DNA of 64,000 bases from a virus (Duplodnaviria > Heunggongvirae > Uroviricota > Caudoviricetes), in IMG/VR virus record IMGVR_UViG_3300016476_000987, one strand, 5' to 3'. The notes under the pieces were generated by a model. That model worked only from the letters and a program-made list of their open reading frames with translations, was not told the origin of the DNA and made no database searches. A program made the translations under genes and the position numbers. Positions 19,575 to 29,896 of the stretch are shown here, in pieces. The number at the start of each line of letters is the position of its first letter. The stretch's first letter is position 1.

Positions 19575-21014
19575 ATGAAAGAAGGTTATATTAAAAAAGA
19601 AGATAGAAAAAAGATTTTATTAATCTCAGACGACATTAGATTTTTTTCCGGTATCGCCACAGTGTCCAGGGAAATTGTTATTGGAACAGCACATCATTAT
19701 AACTATGTATGTATCTGTGCTGCTCTGCAACATCCGGACAAAGGCAAAAGAATGGACCTTAGCGAATCCACAAACCAAATAACTGGTATTACAGATTCAG
19801 ATGTTACTATTTACCCTTATGATGGTTATGGGGATGCCGATTTTGTAAGAAATTTGATAAAATACGAGAAGCCTGATGCTCTGTTTTTTGTAACAGATCC
19901 CAGGTATTACACTTGGCTTTTTGAAATAGAGAATGAAATTAGGAAAAAAATCCCAATGATTTATTTGCAGATTTGGGATTGCGAACCGGCTCCTCTTTAT
20001 AATAGAGAGTTCTATCGTAGTTGCGATGCCTTATTAGCTATTTCTAAACAAACAGAAATACTTAATAAAGTAGTGTTAGGTAAATACCAAGAAGATTGTC
20101 TTATTAAATATGTTCCTCATGGTATTAACAGTAACATGTTTTTTAAGATAGACTCAGGACATGAAAAGTATGAAGAGCTACAAAACTTTAGAAAAGATTT
20201 ATTCGGTAAAAAAGATTTTCAATTTGTAGTCCTTTTTAACAGTAGAAACATTCGTAGAAAATCTCTCCCGGATACTATTGTAGCTTTTAAATTATTACTG
20301 GACTCTATGTCTCCTGAAGAAGCGGATAAGTGCTGCTTAGTGCTTCATACACATCAAGTAGATGAAAATGGAACTGATCTACCAGCAGTAATTGAAGTAT
20401 TTTTAGGGGACAGGAAAGACCAAGTAATCTTTTCTAACCCTGGATTAGACACCGGTAGAATGAACCTTCTGTATAATCTTGCAGATGTTACAGTACTAAT
20501 AAGTAGTAACGAAGGATGGGGCCTCTCTTTAACAGAGAGCCTAATGTCTGGCACCATGATTATTGCGAACGTAACAGGAGGCATGCAAGATCAAATGAGG
20601 TTTGAAGACGAGAATGGAGATTGGATAGAGTTCACAGAGTCTTTCTGTTCTAATCATTTTGGAAAGTATAAGAATTGTGGAGAATGGGCTATCCCTGTAT
20701 TTCCTTCTAATATTAGTATCCAAGGATCTGTGCCTACTCCTTACATCGCTGACGACAGAGCAGACTTTAGAGACGTTGCTAATGCTATGAAGCAAGTATA
20801 CGGTATGTCTAAAGAAGAAAGGATTAGCAGAGGAATGAAAGGACGAGAGTGGGTAACTTCAGACGAGGCTATGATGACTGCTGATAATATGTGTAAAAAC
20901 GTCATAGAAGCAGTAGATCAAACTATAGAGGAGTTCAGCCCTAGAAAAAAATATTATATCATAAACACAAATGATAGAGATAAGAAAACTCTTGCTTTCC
21001 CTCTTTCTTTATAA
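19575..21014 (+). CDS. GT-B glycosyltransferase (GT4-like)
   Basis: E-x7-E region SSNEGWGLSLTESLMSGTMIIA. Confidence 0.7.
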   Translation: MKEGYIKKEDRKKILLISDDIRFFSGIATVSREIVIGTAHHYNYVCICAALQHPDKGKRMDLSESTNQITGITDSDVTIYPYDGYGDADFVRNLIKYEKPDALFFVTDPRYYTWLFEIENEIRKKIPMIYLQIWDCEPAPLYNREFYRSCDALLAISKQTEILNKVVLGKYQEDCLIKYVPHGINSNMFFKIDSGHEKYEELQNFRKDLFGKKDFQFVVLFNSRNIRRKSLPDTIVAFKLLLDSMSPEEADKCCLVLHTHQVDENGTDLPAVIEVFLGDRKDQVIFSNPGLDTGRMNLLYNLADVTVLISSNEGWGLSLTESLMSGTMIIANVTGGMQDQMRFEDENGDWIEFTESFCSNHFGKYKNCGEWAIPVFPSNISIQGSVPTPYIADDRADFRDVANAMKQVYGMSKEERISRGMKGREWVTSDEAMMTADNMCKNVIEAVDQTIEEFSPRKKYYIINTNDRDKKTLAFPLSL

Positions 21015-21022
21015 TATTAGTT

Positions 21023-21991
21023 ATGATAAAAAGAGCATTAATTACCGGGATCAACGGTATGGATGGTAGTCATTTAGCGGATTTACTATTGACTAAAGGA
21101 TATGTTGTGTATGGTATGGAAAGACGAAAGTCTGTAAAACAAAATACTAACACAAAACATCTAGAAGGGAAAGTTAACTTTTTAGTTGGAGATCTAACAG
21201 ATCAAAATTCTTTAGTAAGAGCTTTAGTAGAATCTGATCCTCATGAAGTGTATAATTTAGCTGCACAGTCTTTTGTAGGAGAGAGTTGGAATACCCCAGA
21301 GCAAACTTCTGATGTAACTGGTTTAGGAGTTCTTAGGGTGTTAGAGGCAATCAGAATGTATGATAAATACAATAAGATTAGATTCTATCAAGCCTCTTCT
21401 TCTGAGATGTTTGGTAGAATGGTAGAGAATCCGGCTACCGAACAAACTCCTTTTTATCCTAGAAGTCCTTATGGAGTAGCCAAGCTATATGGACATTGGA
21501 TAACTAAGAATTATAGAGAGTCTTATAACATGTTCACTTGCAGCGGTATTCTTTTCAATCATGAATCTGAAAGAAGAGGATTAGAATTTGTAACCAGGAA
21601 AATAACTAACGGAGTAGCTAAAATACAAAAAGGATTGGCCGACAGTATTTCTTTGGGAAATCTAGATGCAAAAAGAGATTGGGGATATGCTCCTGATTAT
21701 GTAGAAGCTATGTGGGCCATGTTACAAAGAGATACTCCGGATGATTATGTTATATCTACAGGAAATACTTACAGTGTAAGAGACTTTCTAGACGTTGCTT
21801 TTCAAACAGTAGGAATTTCTAATTGGGAACCCTATGTTAAAATAGACCCTAAGTTTTTTAGACCGGCAGAAGTAGATGTCCTAAGAGGACATTCAGGTAA
21901 AGCTAGAGCCTCTTTAGGTTGGTACCCTAAAACTTCTTTTGAAGATATGGTAAAGATTATGGTTAATAATGATATTAAATTACTAAACTAA
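21023..21991 (+). CDS. gmd: GDP-mannose 4,6-dehydratase
   Basis: ALITGINGMDGSHLADLLLTKGY, YQASSSEMFG, SPYGVAKLYGHWITKNYRESY, GILFNHESERRG. Confidence 0.92.
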   Translation: MIKRALITGINGMDGSHLADLLLTKGYVVYGMERRKSVKQNTNTKHLEGKVNFLVGDLTDQNSLVRALVESDPHEVYNLAAQSFVGESWNTPEQTSDVTGLGVLRVLEAIRMYDKYNKIRFYQASSSEMFGRMVENPATEQTPFYPRSPYGVAKLYGHWITKNYRESYNMFTCSGILFNHESERRGLEFVTRKITNGVAKIQKGLADSISLGNLDAKRDWGYAPDYVEAMWAMLQRDTPDDYVISTGNTYSVRDFLDVAFQTVGISNWEPYVKIDPKFFRPAEVDVLRGHSGKARASLGWYPKTSFEDMVKIMVNNDIKLLN

Positions 21992-21992
21992 T

Positions 21993-23303
21993 ATGAATAA
22001 GTTATCGTGTGTAGTAGCCAGTCCAATTGATACATTTAGCGGATATGGTGTTATGGCTAGAAATTTTGCAAAAGCTCTTCTTAAAATAAGGAAAGACGAA
22101 TGGGATATTAAATTCTTGTCTTTGAGATGGGGAATGACTCCTTTTGGAGCATTAGATGAATCTGATCCTTCAGATGCAGAGATTATGAGTCTAATTATCC
22201 CAGACGGACAACTAAAATATAAACCAGATATTTGGTTTCAGATTAGCGTGTCTGAAGAGTTTACTCCTGTAGGAACGGTAAATATTGGGTACTCTTGTTT
22301 AGTAGAGACTACCATTCTTCCTGGGGAAATGCTTGAAGGGCTCAATAGAATGAATTTTAATCTTGTTTCTTGTGAGCATGCAAAAACTATTGCTACATCT
22401 ACTTCATGGGATAAAGTAGACCAAAATCAGAAAAAAATAGGAGAGTTAGTACTAGAAAAGCCAGTAGAAACTTTATTTATTGGGCTTGATACAGATAAGT
22501 TTAAGAAGCCTAAATCGGTATCTTTTGATCTTTCTAACATTAAAGAATCTTTTTGTTTTTTATCAGTAGGGCATATGCTTCCCGGAGCTGTAGAGTTAGA
22601 AGATCGAAAAATGATGGGAAGATTAATTAAAACTTTCTTAGAGACTTTTAAAGATAAAAAAAACAAACCTGCTCTTATACTTAAAACAGCAACCTCAGGT
22701 TATTCTTATGTAGACCAAGAAAGGACGTTATCTATTATAGACAAAATTAAAAGTACTGTATCAGGAAAAGACCTCCCAAATATTTACCTAATTCATGGAG
22801 AATTAAGTGAACAGGAACTTTGTGAGCTATATTCTCATGATAAAGTAAAAGCTTTTGTACTAACCGGCAACGAAGGTTTTGGTCTACCTTACATAGAATT
22901 TTCAGCAGTATCAGGAAAACCTTTGATTGTGTCTCCCTGGAGCGGTCATTTAGATTTTTTAGATAAAGAATTTAACACTTTTGTATTTGGGGCTATAGAG
23001 CAAATTCACCCAGCAGCAGCAAATAAGTATTTACTAAGAGAGGCTGCGTGGTATAAACCTGATGTAAAAGATCTTTCGGACAAACTTGTAGACATGCATA
23101 AGAATTATTCTAAGTATGTAGACAACGGAAAAAGACAAGGATTTAAATCTAGAACAGAATTTACTATTGATAAGATGGCTGAGAAATTAGACGATATTCT
23201 TAAAACTAATATTCCTCCTATTAGCAAACCCGTTCCCTTATCTTTACCTAAACTAGTTGATATAAAAAAGCCTAACTTTGACTATCTAGAAGAATCTAAA
23301 TAA
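21993..23303 (+). CDS. GT-B glycosyltransferase-like protein
   Basis: TGNEGFGLPYIEFSAVSGKPLIVS (E-x7-E-like motif). Confidence 0.6.
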   Translation: MNKLSCVVASPIDTFSGYGVMARNFAKALLKIRKDEWDIKFLSLRWGMTPFGALDESDPSDAEIMSLIIPDGQLKYKPDIWFQISVSEEFTPVGTVNIGYSCLVETTILPGEMLEGLNRMNFNLVSCEHAKTIATSTSWDKVDQNQKKIGELVLEKPVETLFIGLDTDKFKKPKSVSFDLSNIKESFCFLSVGHMLPGAVELEDRKMMGRLIKTFLETFKDKKNKPALILKTATSGYSYVDQERTLSIIDKIKSTVSGKDLPNIYLIHGELSEQELCELYSHDKVKAFVLTGNEGFGLPYIEFSAVSGKPLIVSPWSGHLDFLDKEFNTFVFGAIEQIHPAAANKYLLREAAWYKPDVKDLSDKLVDMHKNYSKYVDNGKRQGFKSRTEFTIDKMAEKLDDILKTNIPPISKPVPLSLPKLVDIKKPNFDYLEESK

Positions 23304-23310
23304 ATAAAGT

Positions 23311-23511
23311 ATGAACTCTAAAGAATTTGTAATTTGGTTAAAAGGATTTGTAGCCGCAGCAAATGAATATAATATAACTCCTAAGCAATTTGAACAAATT
23401 GTAGAGCAGTTGAGTAAAGTATCGGAAGGTACTAATGTATACTACGGAACTACTATTACAGGAGTTTCAAGCACTTCTCCAGTGTCAAAAACAAACACAT
23501 TAAACGGATAA
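23311..23511 (+). CDS. hypothetical protein
   Basis: 66-aa ORF in the operon string. Confidence 0.45.
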   Translation: MNSKEFVIWLKGFVAAANEYNITPKQFEQIVEQLSKVSEGTNVYYGTTITGVSSTSPVSKTNTLNG

Positions 23512-23513
23512 TA

Positions 23514-23957
23514 ATGTCAGATCAATTAACTACTTGTAGAAAATGCGGATCTCCTCTATGTTATGAAAGACATACAGAGAGTATCATCTTCTGGGACTGT
23601 TTACAATGTGGCTATAGCACTAACACCCTTCTTTTAGTAAACACAGAAGCCGTGTTCTCTTATGAATCTATGGTACCTAGACTATTTCAGGATATTAAGT
23701 ATGTAGACAGTGATGGGCTAGTTTGGTTTCCTACCACTGTAACTAAAGAAGGAGTAGGGATTATTTTTCCAGATGGAACCAATAAAGATGATTGGAAGTG
23801 GGCAGTAGCTAGACATGTGCCGGTAGAAGAAGCAGAAAAAGAGAGATTTAAAAAGAAAGATGGGACATATCATACCTATAAAACGGATATGAAAAATGTT
23901 CTTCATTTTGATAAAGAGTATTTTTCTAAAGCATTAGAATCGTTAGGATTTATTTAA
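23514..23957 (+). CDS. zinc-ribbon protein
   Basis: CRKCGSPLC...CLQCGYS. Confidence 0.5.
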   Translation: MSDQLTTCRKCGSPLCYERHTESIIFWDCLQCGYSTNTLLLVNTEAVFSYESMVPRLFQDIKYVDSDGLVWFPTTVTKEGVGIIFPDGTNKDDWKWAVARHVPVEEAEKERFKKKDGTYHTYKTDMKNVLHFDKEYFSKALESLGFI

Positions 23958-23967
23958 TAAAGTAATT

Positions 23968-24591
23968 ATGGTAAGCGTATCATATTGTATTACAGTTCAT
24001 AATGAAGGCTCTATGTATTTAGAGCCTCTTTTTCAAAAGCTATTTAAGTATTTACAACCGGAAGATGAGATTGTAGTAGTAGATGATATGTCTGATGAAG
24101 AGACTACTATCGCTACTCTTTCTAAATACGAAGATAGAATCAATTATTATAAGCATAAGTTTGAAGGAAATTTTGCTAATCATAAGAACTTTGCAAAATC
24201 AAAATGTACTAAGGATTATATATTCTTTATAGATGCTGATGAAAATATGCACGATAATCTTCTGCTTACTTTAAAAGAAGTGCTTTACAATAATCCTACC
24301 GTAGAAATGTACATGGTACCAAGAATTAATATAGTTCCTGGATTGACTGAGGAACATAAGAAAGCTTGGGGGTGGGTAACTAATGAAAAAGGGTGGATAA
24401 TGTTTCCGGATTATCAGACTCGAATTATTAAAAACTTGTCTAGTATTAACTGGGAAGGGAAAGTACATGAAAGATTGTCCGGACACACCGTTCATACAGC
24501 ATTGCCTCACGAAACAGAAGACTATTGTCTATTGCATATCAAAGATATAAAAAGACAAGAAGCGCAAAATAATCTATATAACAGTTTATGA
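23968..24591 (+). CDS. family 2 glycosyltransferase (GT-A)
   Basis: VSYCITVHNE, VVVDDMSDEET and FFIDADE (DxD). Confidence 0.75.
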   Translation: MVSVSYCITVHNEGSMYLEPLFQKLFKYLQPEDEIVVVDDMSDEETTIATLSKYEDRINYYKHKFEGNFANHKNFAKSKCTKDYIFFIDADENMHDNLLLTLKEVLYNNPTVEMYMVPRINIVPGLTEEHKKAWGWVTNEKGWIMFPDYQTRIIKNLSSINWEGKVHERLSGHTVHTALPHETEDYCLLHIKDIKRQEAQNNLYNSL

Positions 24592-25502
24592 AAATCGTAT
24601 TTCATAGCAATCAACTAGGAATCAGAGGCACAGAAGTAGCTTTATACGATTATGCGCACTATAATGAATCTATACTGGGAAATATTTCTTATATAGCTGC
24701 TCCGGTGTACTCAGACATGCAGGCGCATGAAAAATTTAAAAATAGATTTAAAGATAGAGTACTATTATACGGTACTTTAGATGAACTGCGTTCTTATAAT
24801 TTTGACGTAGCTTATTTTATAAAGGCAGGATATAATGATGGAAAATTAATTGAAGGAGCTAAAAACATAGTTCATTATGTGTTTGATGGATCTGCTCCTC
24901 ATGGAGATGCTTATGTTGGAGTAAGTGAGTGGTTATCTAAAAAATACAATACAGAGTTTCTCCCCCACATAGTATCCCTCCCAGAAGTAGATTATTCTTA
25001 TAGAGAATACTTAGGTATCTCAAAAGAAGATATTGTGTTTGGTAGATATGGAGGACTAGATCAATTTGATGTTTCTTACTTGAGAGAATCAGTAGAAGCT
25101 GCTGCCGATACAGGTATCAAGTTTCTTTTTATGAACACTTCTGTTTTTACAATAGATCATCCTAATATCATATACTTAACTCCTTCTTATGAATTAGAAA
25201 CTAAGTCTGCTTTTATAAACAGTTGCGATGCTATGCTTCATGGTAGAACAGAAGGAGAAACCTTTGGTTTATCTATTTGTGAGTTCTTGTATTTTAATAA
25301 ACCGGTAGTAACTAACATAATTTGTAGAGATAGAAATCACATAGAATTATTAAAAGACAAAGGATTTTATTACACAAATGCAAATGAGTTATATTCTATA
25401 TTAGTGAATTTTACTAAAAAAGATTATAGCGTAAAACAGCTAGTACAAAAGTATAGCCCAGAAGAAGTTATTAATAAATTTAAAAATTTATATAATGGAT
25501 AG
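24588..25502 (+). CDS. GT-B glycosyltransferase-like protein
   Basis: GRTEGETFGLSICEFLYFNKPVVT. Confidence 0.55.
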   Translation: MKIVFHSNQLGIRGTEVALYDYAHYNESILGNISYIAAPVYSDMQAHEKFKNRFKDRVLLYGTLDELRSYNFDVAYFIKAGYNDGKLIEGAKNIVHYVFDGSAPHGDAYVGVSEWLSKKYNTEFLPHIVSLPEVDYSYREYLGISKEDIVFGRYGGLDQFDVSYLRESVEAAADTGIKFLFMNTSVFTIDHPNIIYLTPSYELETKSAFINSCDAMLHGRTEGETFGLSICEFLYFNKPVVTNIICRDRNHIELLKDKGFYYTNANELYSILVNFTKKDYSVKQLVQKYSPEEVINKFKNLYNG

Positions 25503-26178
25503 AGTATTTCAGAATTATCATAGAGTATATAATTATTTTTCTCCAAAATCTTATTTAGATATAGGGGCTTGCAAAGGACATCACATTCCATACGTTTTAC
25601 AAATCTTAAAAGATTTGAATAAAATAGAATTAATAGAAGCTTGTAGATATCATGAATATGATTTAAAATTATTACAAAACAGTTTTTTTACAAAAAATAT
25701 TTCTTATAAAATAGAAGTACTGTCTGATTGTGTAAAGGAAGTAGACTTCTACTTATCTGGCCTAGAGGAACAAGGCTCCGGTGGGACCGGTAACTCTTAT
25801 TACAAAGAGGATACTCCTCATTATGTAAACTGCGTAATAGAAAAAAGAATAACTAATACTTTAGACATATTGTATAAATACGAAGAGCCTTTTGATCTAA
25901 TTAAAATGGATACTCAAGGTAGTGAGTTGGATATAATAAAAGGAGGATTAAACATAATATCTAATGCTAAAGGTATTATATTAGAAGAAAACGTAGTTAC
26001 TTTTAATACCGGCGCTCCTTTGCATTATGAAGTAAAGCCTTATATGGAATCTATTGGATTTGTATTATGCGAAATATTAGATGAAAAAAACTATCCTATT
26101 AATAATAGTAAAGGAGTGCTTACTCCTCATCATGAAATAGACACGCTTTATATTAGAAAAGACGTGCTTAATCTTTAA
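25495..26178 (+). CDS. FkbM-family methyltransferase
   Basis: LDIGACKGHH and IKMDTQGSELDIIKGG. Confidence 0.7.
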   Translation: MDRVFQNYHRVYNYFSPKSYLDIGACKGHHIPYVLQILKDLNKIELIEACRYHEYDLKLLQNSFFTKNISYKIEVLSDCVKEVDFYLSGLEEQGSGGTGNSYYKEDTPHYVNCVIEKRITNTLDILYKYEEPFDLIKMDTQGSELDIIKGGLNIISNAKGIILEENVVTFNTGAPLHYEVKPYMESIGFVLCEILDEKNYPINNSKGVLTPHHEIDTLYIRKDVLNL

Positions 26179-26186
26179 TATATACT

Positions 26187-27065
26187 ATGAAAATATGTTT
26201 TGTTTATGATTATGAATCTGAGCTTTTGTCTCCTGCTCAATCTTTAATAAACGAATTTATTAGACGGAGTTGTTTAGTATCTAGAGTACATCTATCAAAC
26301 ACTTTAAATTTTCACAAAGCATTAATAGCAAACTACTACGATATTATCATTATCCTGGACAAAACTGGTACTGATATTCCACAAATTATTCACAATCAGA
26401 TTTCTAAGGACATTTTTAAAATCAGAGATTGTGGGGGCACTCCTCAAAAATATGAAGCACATTTACCGCATATAAAAAATTATAATATGTTGCTGACTTC
26501 TGACTATGTCTCCTGTCAGAAGTATATGGCTGAAGGAATCCCCTGTTTATGGTTTAATCATTTTGCGGATACTGATATTCATAAAATATACGAGGGAGAG
26601 GATAGAATGCCTCCTGTACGCTCTACAATGGGCCAAGAAGGCTCTAAAATAGTCGATGCGCTGTCTACCCTTATGCCAAATAAATTTGTCAATAAAAGCG
26701 ATCTAATAGGCTCAGAATACGGGCGCTTTTTAGGGCAAGGAAAAATAGTAGTTCATCACAGTAGGAACGAACAGATCAGCCATAAAATTTTTGAAGCAAT
26801 GGCCTGTAAAAAACTAGTCATTACTGACCGTCTTCCTGAGCATACCCGGATAGCGGACTTATTTGAAGAAGGAAAAGACATCGTTTTTTATGATGATTTT
26901 TCTGATCTCATTTCAAAAATAAACTACTATCTTTGCCCTGAGGGGGAAAGGGGGAGAGAGGATATAGCTATTAGTAGCTATACTAAAGTAATAAATAGTC
27001 ATACTGAGTATAATAGAGTAAATAGTATTATAAGTAGTTATAATAATTGGAAAAATAATCTATAG
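26187..27065 (+). CDS. CgeB-like glycosyltransferase (GT-B C-terminal domain)
   Basis: KIFEAMACKKLVITDRLPE. Confidence 0.5.
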   Translation: MKICFVYDYESELLSPAQSLINEFIRRSCLVSRVHLSNTLNFHKALIANYYDIIIILDKTGTDIPQIIHNQISKDIFKIRDCGGTPQKYEAHLPHIKNYNMLLTSDYVSCQKYMAEGIPCLWFNHFADTDIHKIYEGEDRMPPVRSTMGQEGSKIVDALSTLMPNKFVNKSDLIGSEYGRFLGQGKIVVHHSRNEQISHKIFEAMACKKLVITDRLPEHTRIADLFEEGKDIVFYDDFSDLISKINYYLCPEGERGREDIAISSYTKVINSHTEYNRVNSIISSYNNWKNNL

Positions 27066-27072
27066 TATTATT

Positions 27073-27909
27073 ATGAAAACATTTGATTGTTTTACTTTTT
27101 TTAATGAAATAGATCTACTAAAGATAAGATTAGAGCTTCTTAAAGATGTAGTAGACTATCATGTCATTGTAGAAAGTAATCTAACGTTTAGTGGTTTAAA
27201 TAAAAACTACATATTAGAAGATCACTGGAATGATTTTATAGATTGGAAGAATAAGTTAATTTATATAAAAATAGAACAGTCTAAAGAGGGATTAGAATTT
27301 AGAAAAGTAAATAGCTACTCTCCAGATAACGGAAGTTGGATATTAGAATATCAGCAAAGAAATAGTTTACAGAACGTGTCAGATATAGTAAATGACAATG
27401 ACGTTTTATTGATAGGAGACGTAGACGAAATTCCTGATCCGGAAGCTGTATTAGCTTTAAAAGAATATTTAAAGTCTGGGTACCCTATAGCATTGTCTAT
27501 GCTGTTTCATTACTACTATATGAATTGCCAGAATGTAGGATATGAAAGATATTGGAACGGTACTGTAGGATGTAAGGGAGTTGATTTTAAAAATAATACT
27601 CCTCAACAATTTAGAGATAAAAGGAACAACTATCAAAGATTCTCTAACGGAGGATATCATTTTTCTTTCTTAGGAGGAGTAGAAAAGATTAGAACTAAGA
27701 TCCAGTCTTTTGCTCATACTGAGTTTAATAGAGAAGACATTCTATCAGAAGAAAATATAGTAGAATCTATAGAGAAAGGTAAAGACGTATTCAACAGACC
27801 TGGGGTTTCTTATGAGTTTGTAGATCCTTATCAATATCCGCAAAGAATAAGAGAGTTAATGTTTAAGTATCCTCATTTAATGAAATATGAAAATAAAAGA
27901 TCTAGTTAA
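27073..27909 (+). CDS. family 17 glycosyltransferase (GnT-III-like)
   Basis: FDCFTFFNEIDLLKIRLELLKDVVDYHVIVESNLTFSG and GGYHFSFLGG. Confidence 0.8.
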   Translation: MKTFDCFTFFNEIDLLKIRLELLKDVVDYHVIVESNLTFSGLNKNYILEDHWNDFIDWKNKLIYIKIEQSKEGLEFRKVNSYSPDNGSWILEYQQRNSLQNVSDIVNDNDVLLIGDVDEIPDPEAVLALKEYLKSGYPIALSMLFHYYYMNCQNVGYERYWNGTVGCKGVDFKNNTPQQFRDKRNNYQRFSNGGYHFSFLGGVEKIRTKIQSFAHTEFNREDILSEENIVESIEKGKDVFNRPGVSYEFVDPYQYPQRIRELMFKYPHLMKYENKRSS

Positions 27910-28720
27910 TAAATCAGTATTTGGTACAATAGCAACTATAAGAGACGAGTTTTCGATAAGGAAACTCGATCTTTTTTTACAGTATAACCTACCATTCATT
28001 TTAGAATTTAAAGATAGAGTAGTGATAGCTGTAAATAAAATGGAGCACACTCCGGAACAAGTAGTAAAACAATACAAAGAAGTATTAGAATGTAATATTC
28101 CTGGCTGCGTAATTATAGAAACAGATAACCGGGGCCATATGTTTGGGACTATAGATTTAGAAGAGTCTGTATTAAAATATACAAAGAGACTTTTCCCAGA
28201 AGCAGAATATTTATTTAAGTCGATGGATGATGTTATTACTTACCCATCTTTATTAGAAGTAGAGGTAGATCCGGCAGACTTCTATTATATCCCAGGATTT
28301 AGTTACGAATCTATTTTAAAAGCTGGTTCTAAAGAAAAATTAAGATCTATATATGAAACCTTTGAGAGCGGTTTTTGGACTCCTCAAACAACTTTTTTTA
28401 TTCTCCGTATCAATAACATTGATCTGCTTTATGGCGACGATATTGACTATAAACATAGTGTATATCTCGAAGCTAAAAGATCCCTACCTGAAATAAAGCC
28501 TTGGGAGATTCCCTTTGATATTAAATTTGACTGTGAGACTCACTTAGGTAGAACTGTAAAAGACATGGCTAAGTACTGTCTAATCAAGGACAAGTTCAAA
28601 GATCTACTAGATTTAGTAGAAACTATTCCTATAGGGGATCCGTCTCATAAGAATGTATTCTTTAAAGACATTGGAGTTTGTCATTATCATTATTATGAAT
28701 CTCATGTATTCGATCTGTAA
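27887..28720 (+). CDS. hypothetical protein (last gene of sugar island?)
   Basis: 277-aa ORF overlapping the GT17 gene end by 23 nt. Confidence 0.55.
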   Translation: MKIKDLVNKSVFGTIATIRDEFSIRKLDLFLQYNLPFILEFKDRVVIAVNKMEHTPEQVVKQYKEVLECNIPGCVIIETDNRGHMFGTIDLEESVLKYTKRLFPEAEYLFKSMDDVITYPSLLEVEVDPADFYYIPGFSYESILKAGSKEKLRSIYETFESGFWTPQTTFFILRINNIDLLYGDDIDYKHSVYLEAKRSLPEIKPWEIPFDIKFDCETHLGRTVKDMAKYCLIKDKFKDLLDLVETIPIGDPSHKNVFFKDIGVCHYHYYESHVFDL

Positions 28721-28745
28721 TCGATATATACCATATTTATAGACG

Positions 28746-29534
28746 ATGGAAACTTTAATGCAATTATTACTAGAAGCGCCAATTACTCCTGATCAGGTAA
28801 ATAAATTCTTATTGCCTAGAGATAACCAGGTTAGTATCTTCTATGATAAGAAATGGATTTCTGTAGAACCGGTAAGGGTACAGGAAATAGACGGGGAAGA
28901 TTACTTAATTGCATTTGAAGTATCAGACCCTCAAGCTAAGACTCCAGTTAGATACGAACTTAAAAAAATAACCAATTGGAACGTACTTAGTAAAAAATCT
29001 GCTGATAGAGCTAAGAAAGAAAAACAGAAAGGAGTAGTTAAAATAAAATCTGAGAAAAATAAAATAGTAGATTCTATAGTAAATAAAAGATATGTGAAGT
29101 TCTATTACAAGGGAGATAAGGAAAATAAACCGGGATATAGAACAAGCGTTCAGCCAGTATGTTACGGGGTGACCAATGGTAAAAAGTATCTTAGGGCATG
29201 GCAAGACGAAGGAGAGACTTATAGAGGTAAACTACCTAAAGACAACAAAGAGTATAGGCCTATGCCTGGCTGGAGGTTTTTTAGAGAAGATAGAATAAGC
29301 ATGAACACTTATCAAGAAACAGGAAAAAATTTTACTGTTCCTCCTAGAGCAGACTATAATCCTACCGGCGATAAACATATAAATGATGTTATAGCTATTG
29401 CTAAGTTTGATACTGGTAACAAACCTCCTCCTGTTCCGGAGGAACCAAAGGCACCTGCTCCAACAAAAGGAAAGAAGAAGTTACAAGAAAATAAAATAAT
29501 AAGTGCTATCTTAGAGGCTGTGAGAATTTTATAA
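28746..29534 (+). CDS. protein with two WYL-like beta-barrel repeats and a Pro/Lys-rich tail
   Basis: KKYLRAWQDEG...PGWRFFREDRI resembles the WYL hallmark (YL.A...R.FR.DRI). The N-terminal half repeats the pattern (DYLIAFEV...VRYELKKI). No HTH is seen. Confidence 0.4.
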   Translation: METLMQLLLEAPITPDQVNKFLLPRDNQVSIFYDKKWISVEPVRVQEIDGEDYLIAFEVSDPQAKTPVRYELKKITNWNVLSKKSADRAKKEKQKGVVKIKSEKNKIVDSIVNKRYVKFYYKGDKENKPGYRTSVQPVCYGVTNGKKYLRAWQDEGETYRGKLPKDNKEYRPMPGWRFFREDRISMNTYQETGKNFTVPPRADYNPTGDKHINDVIAIAKFDTGNKPPPVPEEPKAPAPTKGKKKLQENKIISAILEAVRIL

Positions 29535-29545
29535 AACTATGTAGT

Positions 29546-29896
29546 ATGAGAAGGAAGAACCCAAAAAGAACTGTCCCAACTTTAAACTATTATGTAAATT
29601 CTTTTAGTGATTACCAGACCATAAGTACGATGCAAGACACTAGGAAGTTAGTATTTAACAATCTTATAGAAGCTATAGAAGATAGCATGAGAAGCAAAAA
29701 AAACGAAGCTTCTATTTTTATGTTGGATTATGATCATTATGTAGCATTAAATAAAAGAAGTTGGAAAAAAAGCTTAAATACTGCTATTGAGTTTTTTTCT
29801 TCTGAGGGAGTAGAAGAGTATGAGATTTGTAAAAAGTGCGTAGATTTGATTAATAAAATAGACTCTGAAGAAAAAACAAAGGTTGAAGATGAGTAA
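29546..29896 (+). CDS. hypothetical protein
   Basis: 116-aa ORF. Confidence 0.5.
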   Translation: MRRKNPKRTVPTLNYYVNSFSDYQTISTMQDTRKLVFNNLIEAIEDSMRSKKNEASIFMLDYDHYVALNKRSWKKSLNTAIEFFSSEGVEEYEICKKCVDLINKIDSEEKTKVEDE

